Source: the human T2T-CHM13v2.0 reference genome, Homo sapiens
Strand: one strand, 5' to 3'
Length of the DNA stretch: 64,000 nucleotides
Assembly (NCBI RefSeq): GCF_009914755.1
Contig: NC_060937.1
Shown here piece by piece: positions 60,226 to 64,000 of this stretch (positions are counted from its first letter, which is position 1; each line of letters starts with the position of its first letter). A program made the translations under genes and the position numbers. The notes beneath the pieces were generated by a model. The model had not been told where the DNA came from. It made no database searches and was given only the letters and a program-made list of their open reading frames with translations.

Positions 60226-60790
60226 CACCTCCTCAAGTTTTAACAGCTAAATGTTAAGCTCTTCACAAAGAAGTCTCAAGTGTAACCTAATGAAATTAAA
60301 AACAGACTTTACAAAATCATTTCTCAAGTGGAGAGAATACTCTCAATTTATAAAACCATAAGACCAATAAACCTGAATAATGAGTACTAAAAAAGACAAT
60401 TACCTATTTGTTAATTCCTTTGAAGGAAAAGGGCTCAAAATTGTGATTCTCAGACTTGGAGATTATAGGGCCTGGGTATAAAATACTTCCCTAAATAACT
60501 TACCAAGGCAATGGCATTATTCTTGCTCTAAACTATTAATTAACATCAAATCTCAACGTGTAGAGGGGCTAGGAGAGGTTAGAAAGTTACCATAATAGGA
60601 TAAGCAGGGAAAAAAATCAGAAATAAACCAGAACATGACACCAAACAGTAATAGGGAGACTCAGAGTTAATACTTACAAGGTAAGAATTGCTGAGCTAAG
60701 TAGAGGTCTCTTTTATTGTGGTCTTCATTCTATCATTATTAAACCTAGGAAAAAGAGGGAAGACTTTAAAAATTTCAGCACATTATATAA

Positions 60791-61243
<453 letters not shown>

Positions 61244-63224
61244 TAATCTCTCTCACACACATAAAATTGCATCATCTATAATCCATGTATTGTATATTGC
61301 ACAATTCCAAGTACACAAAGGAAGGAATATATGACATTTTTAAAGATATGCTAGTAATCTGAGTTGGTTAGCATGTTTGGCTTCTGTGGGTCATGATTCT
61401 AAGTTGTAGTTGTTACATCAACTAATAGTTAAGCACTTACTATAAGATACAGAATAGAAAGGATATGACAAATTCATCCATGTTCTTAACAGAGCACTGC
61501 AAGTATACGCTTTATTGTAGACTAATCTTAACAGAAAAAGAACAGCATGTTTTTAAAAATTTCAAAATCATTTGCTTCAAAATTCACAGAAAAATCAAGG
61601 GAATACCAAAATGAACCTCCATATCCTATCTCTGGACTCCCAATCCAGCTGTACTGAAATCTAAAACTATGCCATACTTACTTCCCTTTGTTTTTTATGA
61701 AAATTGATTACACATACAGATGATGTCCTTTGTGAGCTATACCCTGATTCCATTCCATTCTTTCCAAAGATGCAAGCATAATCTTGAATTTGATATTTAT
61801 TTCCTATGTTTTTACACTATTACTACCAATTCAAGAATTTAAACTTTATCATTGCTTTCAAGCTTTTGATAAATGGTATAATATCATACATATTTTATAT
61901 ACGTTACTCTGTATATAACCTTTATGCAACTTATTTGTTTGCTGAAGTAGGATATTCACCCATGATGATAAACACAGCTCTCATTTTAGTAGCTTTACAG
62001 TTCATCACATGACTATGTCACAATTTGCCATTCTCTTCTTGCTTAACATTTACATTGCTTTCATTTTTTTCCTATTAAAAATAACCAAGACTTTTTTCTA
62101 CATGTCTTGAGTTTACCTAGAGCATCTAGGAATAAAATTGTTGGGTTCAAGCCTATTGTATCTTCAACTTTACAAAGATATTGCTAAATGCTCCCACAAG
62201 CAGCATATGAAGAGTTCCTCATTTTATATTTCCTCCAACATTTGGAAGCATATTTAAGAAAAACAGCCACTATCTATATGAAAATTTAAAAATTCATAAG
62301 TGATCAATTCCTTTGGTTTTCATCAAGTATTGGTTTAACATAGGTATACTAATGTTCCAAACAAAGAGAATAGACTGAAATTTGGCCCAAGGCACTTACA
62401 TGAAAACAAAGCTCTGATAACACAGATTTTCCTCATGTGACTGAGGAAATACCAAGACTTAATCTATTTTTTAATCAGCCGAATTTAAGATTCAAGAACT
62501 TAATCTAGAAATGATAAGATTCCTAATTAAATATTAAGCTTAGATCCAAGATGACCAAAGAGGGGAAAAAAAGATGCAGGAAAAGTAGATAGTTTGTGGG
62601 TATGAACAATCCCTCCTCCAAGTTCATTTTGGGCAGTGCTTCTCACAAATGTGGTGCTCCTAAGAAAAATCTCTTAAAGCTTGTAAAAAAATGCAAATTC
62701 CAGGTCTGGAAAAATGTTTTTATTTTATTTTTTAAATTCTAGGTTATTCTCATACAGGTGGTTTGCAGGCAACTAAGCAGTAAGTAATGATTAAAAATGA
62801 GGTGCTTTCAATAGAGAGGATTATGTAACTCATGTTTTAGTTAGGGGAGGTAACAGTAATTAATATGTTATCTGTTAAATTACATAAACTTTTTTTTAAA
62901 AACCTCTAGCATTAGTCAACAACAACAAAAAAGTAACCTCAATTTATGGCTGAATATGCTTGACTTCACAATGCCAAGAAAGGTTGTGGGCTCATTTATT
63001 TTTTCAGATAACTAGACACATACTATGACAAAGCTTTTTTTAGTAATATTACCAGGGAACTAATATTCTGAATTTACTGTGATTGGCACAGGAAAATATT
63101 AAGAGTGAGAGTGATCAGGAGTGATTTTAATGAAGGTGACCAGAAAGCAACTATATGATTACCTTTTAAATAGAATGCTATTGCAAATGTCAAACTTTAA
63201 ACGGGACATTTGGCTTTATACACT

Positions 63225-63255
<31 letters not shown>

Positions 63256-64000
63256 TAGTAGTTTCCCACCAAGACCGCTACAAATAAATTCAGAACATTT
63301 ATAGAAATCCAACATTCACACTTCCCTGTAACTCTAACCTATTGAAATTAGATGTAAAAGGAAGAAAAAAAATAGAATATTTAGGTTATAAAAATCGGCG
63401 CAAATTCAAATTATAAAAATAAAAACATTCTTCTATATTATTTGAAATTACAAAGTCCTGTTTCCAAAAGATTTAGAATAATCTAAGCTTTCTAGATAAA
63501 AAGTTCAGATAAAAGATATTTCAGTGAGAAATGGTAAATAGAAAAAGTAAGCAGTTTAGTAGTAAGAAAAAAGACATAAGTTTTCATCTGTTGCCTGCTT
63601 TTAGTTACTTACAACACTAAGTTAATATAGAATGTTGTTTTCTTTCTTTTATTATAGTGAAATCAACAAGAATTCGGTCTTGTTAGACTGGGCTTTTATA
63701 AAACAAAGATAATGTAGTCCAAAAGTGAAAGAAACACTCCTGTGTGGCCATAGCCAGCTTTTCTTTTCTATCCTCAATATATTACCTAACTTGTGATATC
63801 AGCAACTAATTATAATTTTTTTCAGTCTACCTGCTTAAAAGTGAAAACATGAAACATACCATATATACATGAAACATACTATATATACCTCCAGAAGCAA
63901 GACAGGTTTTCCATTCTAATGGATGGAATTAACTGAATAAAAATTAAATGAACTAAAGCCACAGAGAAATAGTAAAAAATAATAGAGTCTAAGAACTACA

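Overview
Human genomic DNA from the 13q14 locus that is minimally deleted in CLL; the location is inferred from the recognisable gene content. The + strand carries the single coding exon of TRIM13 (4566-5789, 407 aa) with a long 3'UTR, and KCNRG (8088-8665 + 12806-13046, 272 aa). An Alu-derived cassette exon at 11416-11513 gives a 229-aa KCNRG isoform. The - strand carries the MIR15A/MIR16-1 cluster (41708-41790, 41562-41650) in an intron of the lncRNA DLEU2, and several DLEU2 exons can be placed from their splice signals. The rest is AT-rich intron with about 55 Alu copies or fragments, L1/L2/MIR remnants and DNA-transposon fossils (Charlie1-type, MER44, Tigger2, MER6). I cannot support a new multi-gene system here. 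The most interesting unexplained items are: a ~150-bp non-Alu inverted duplication inserted into an old Alu just upstream of the miRNA-proximal DLEU2 exon; a miR-15a seed plus 3'-supplementary site in the KCNRG 3'UTR; an ATG-TGA start-stop overlapping the TRIM13 start codon; and several fold-back (template-switch-like) scars in Alus. Repeat boundaries and subfamily calls were read by eye and are approximate.
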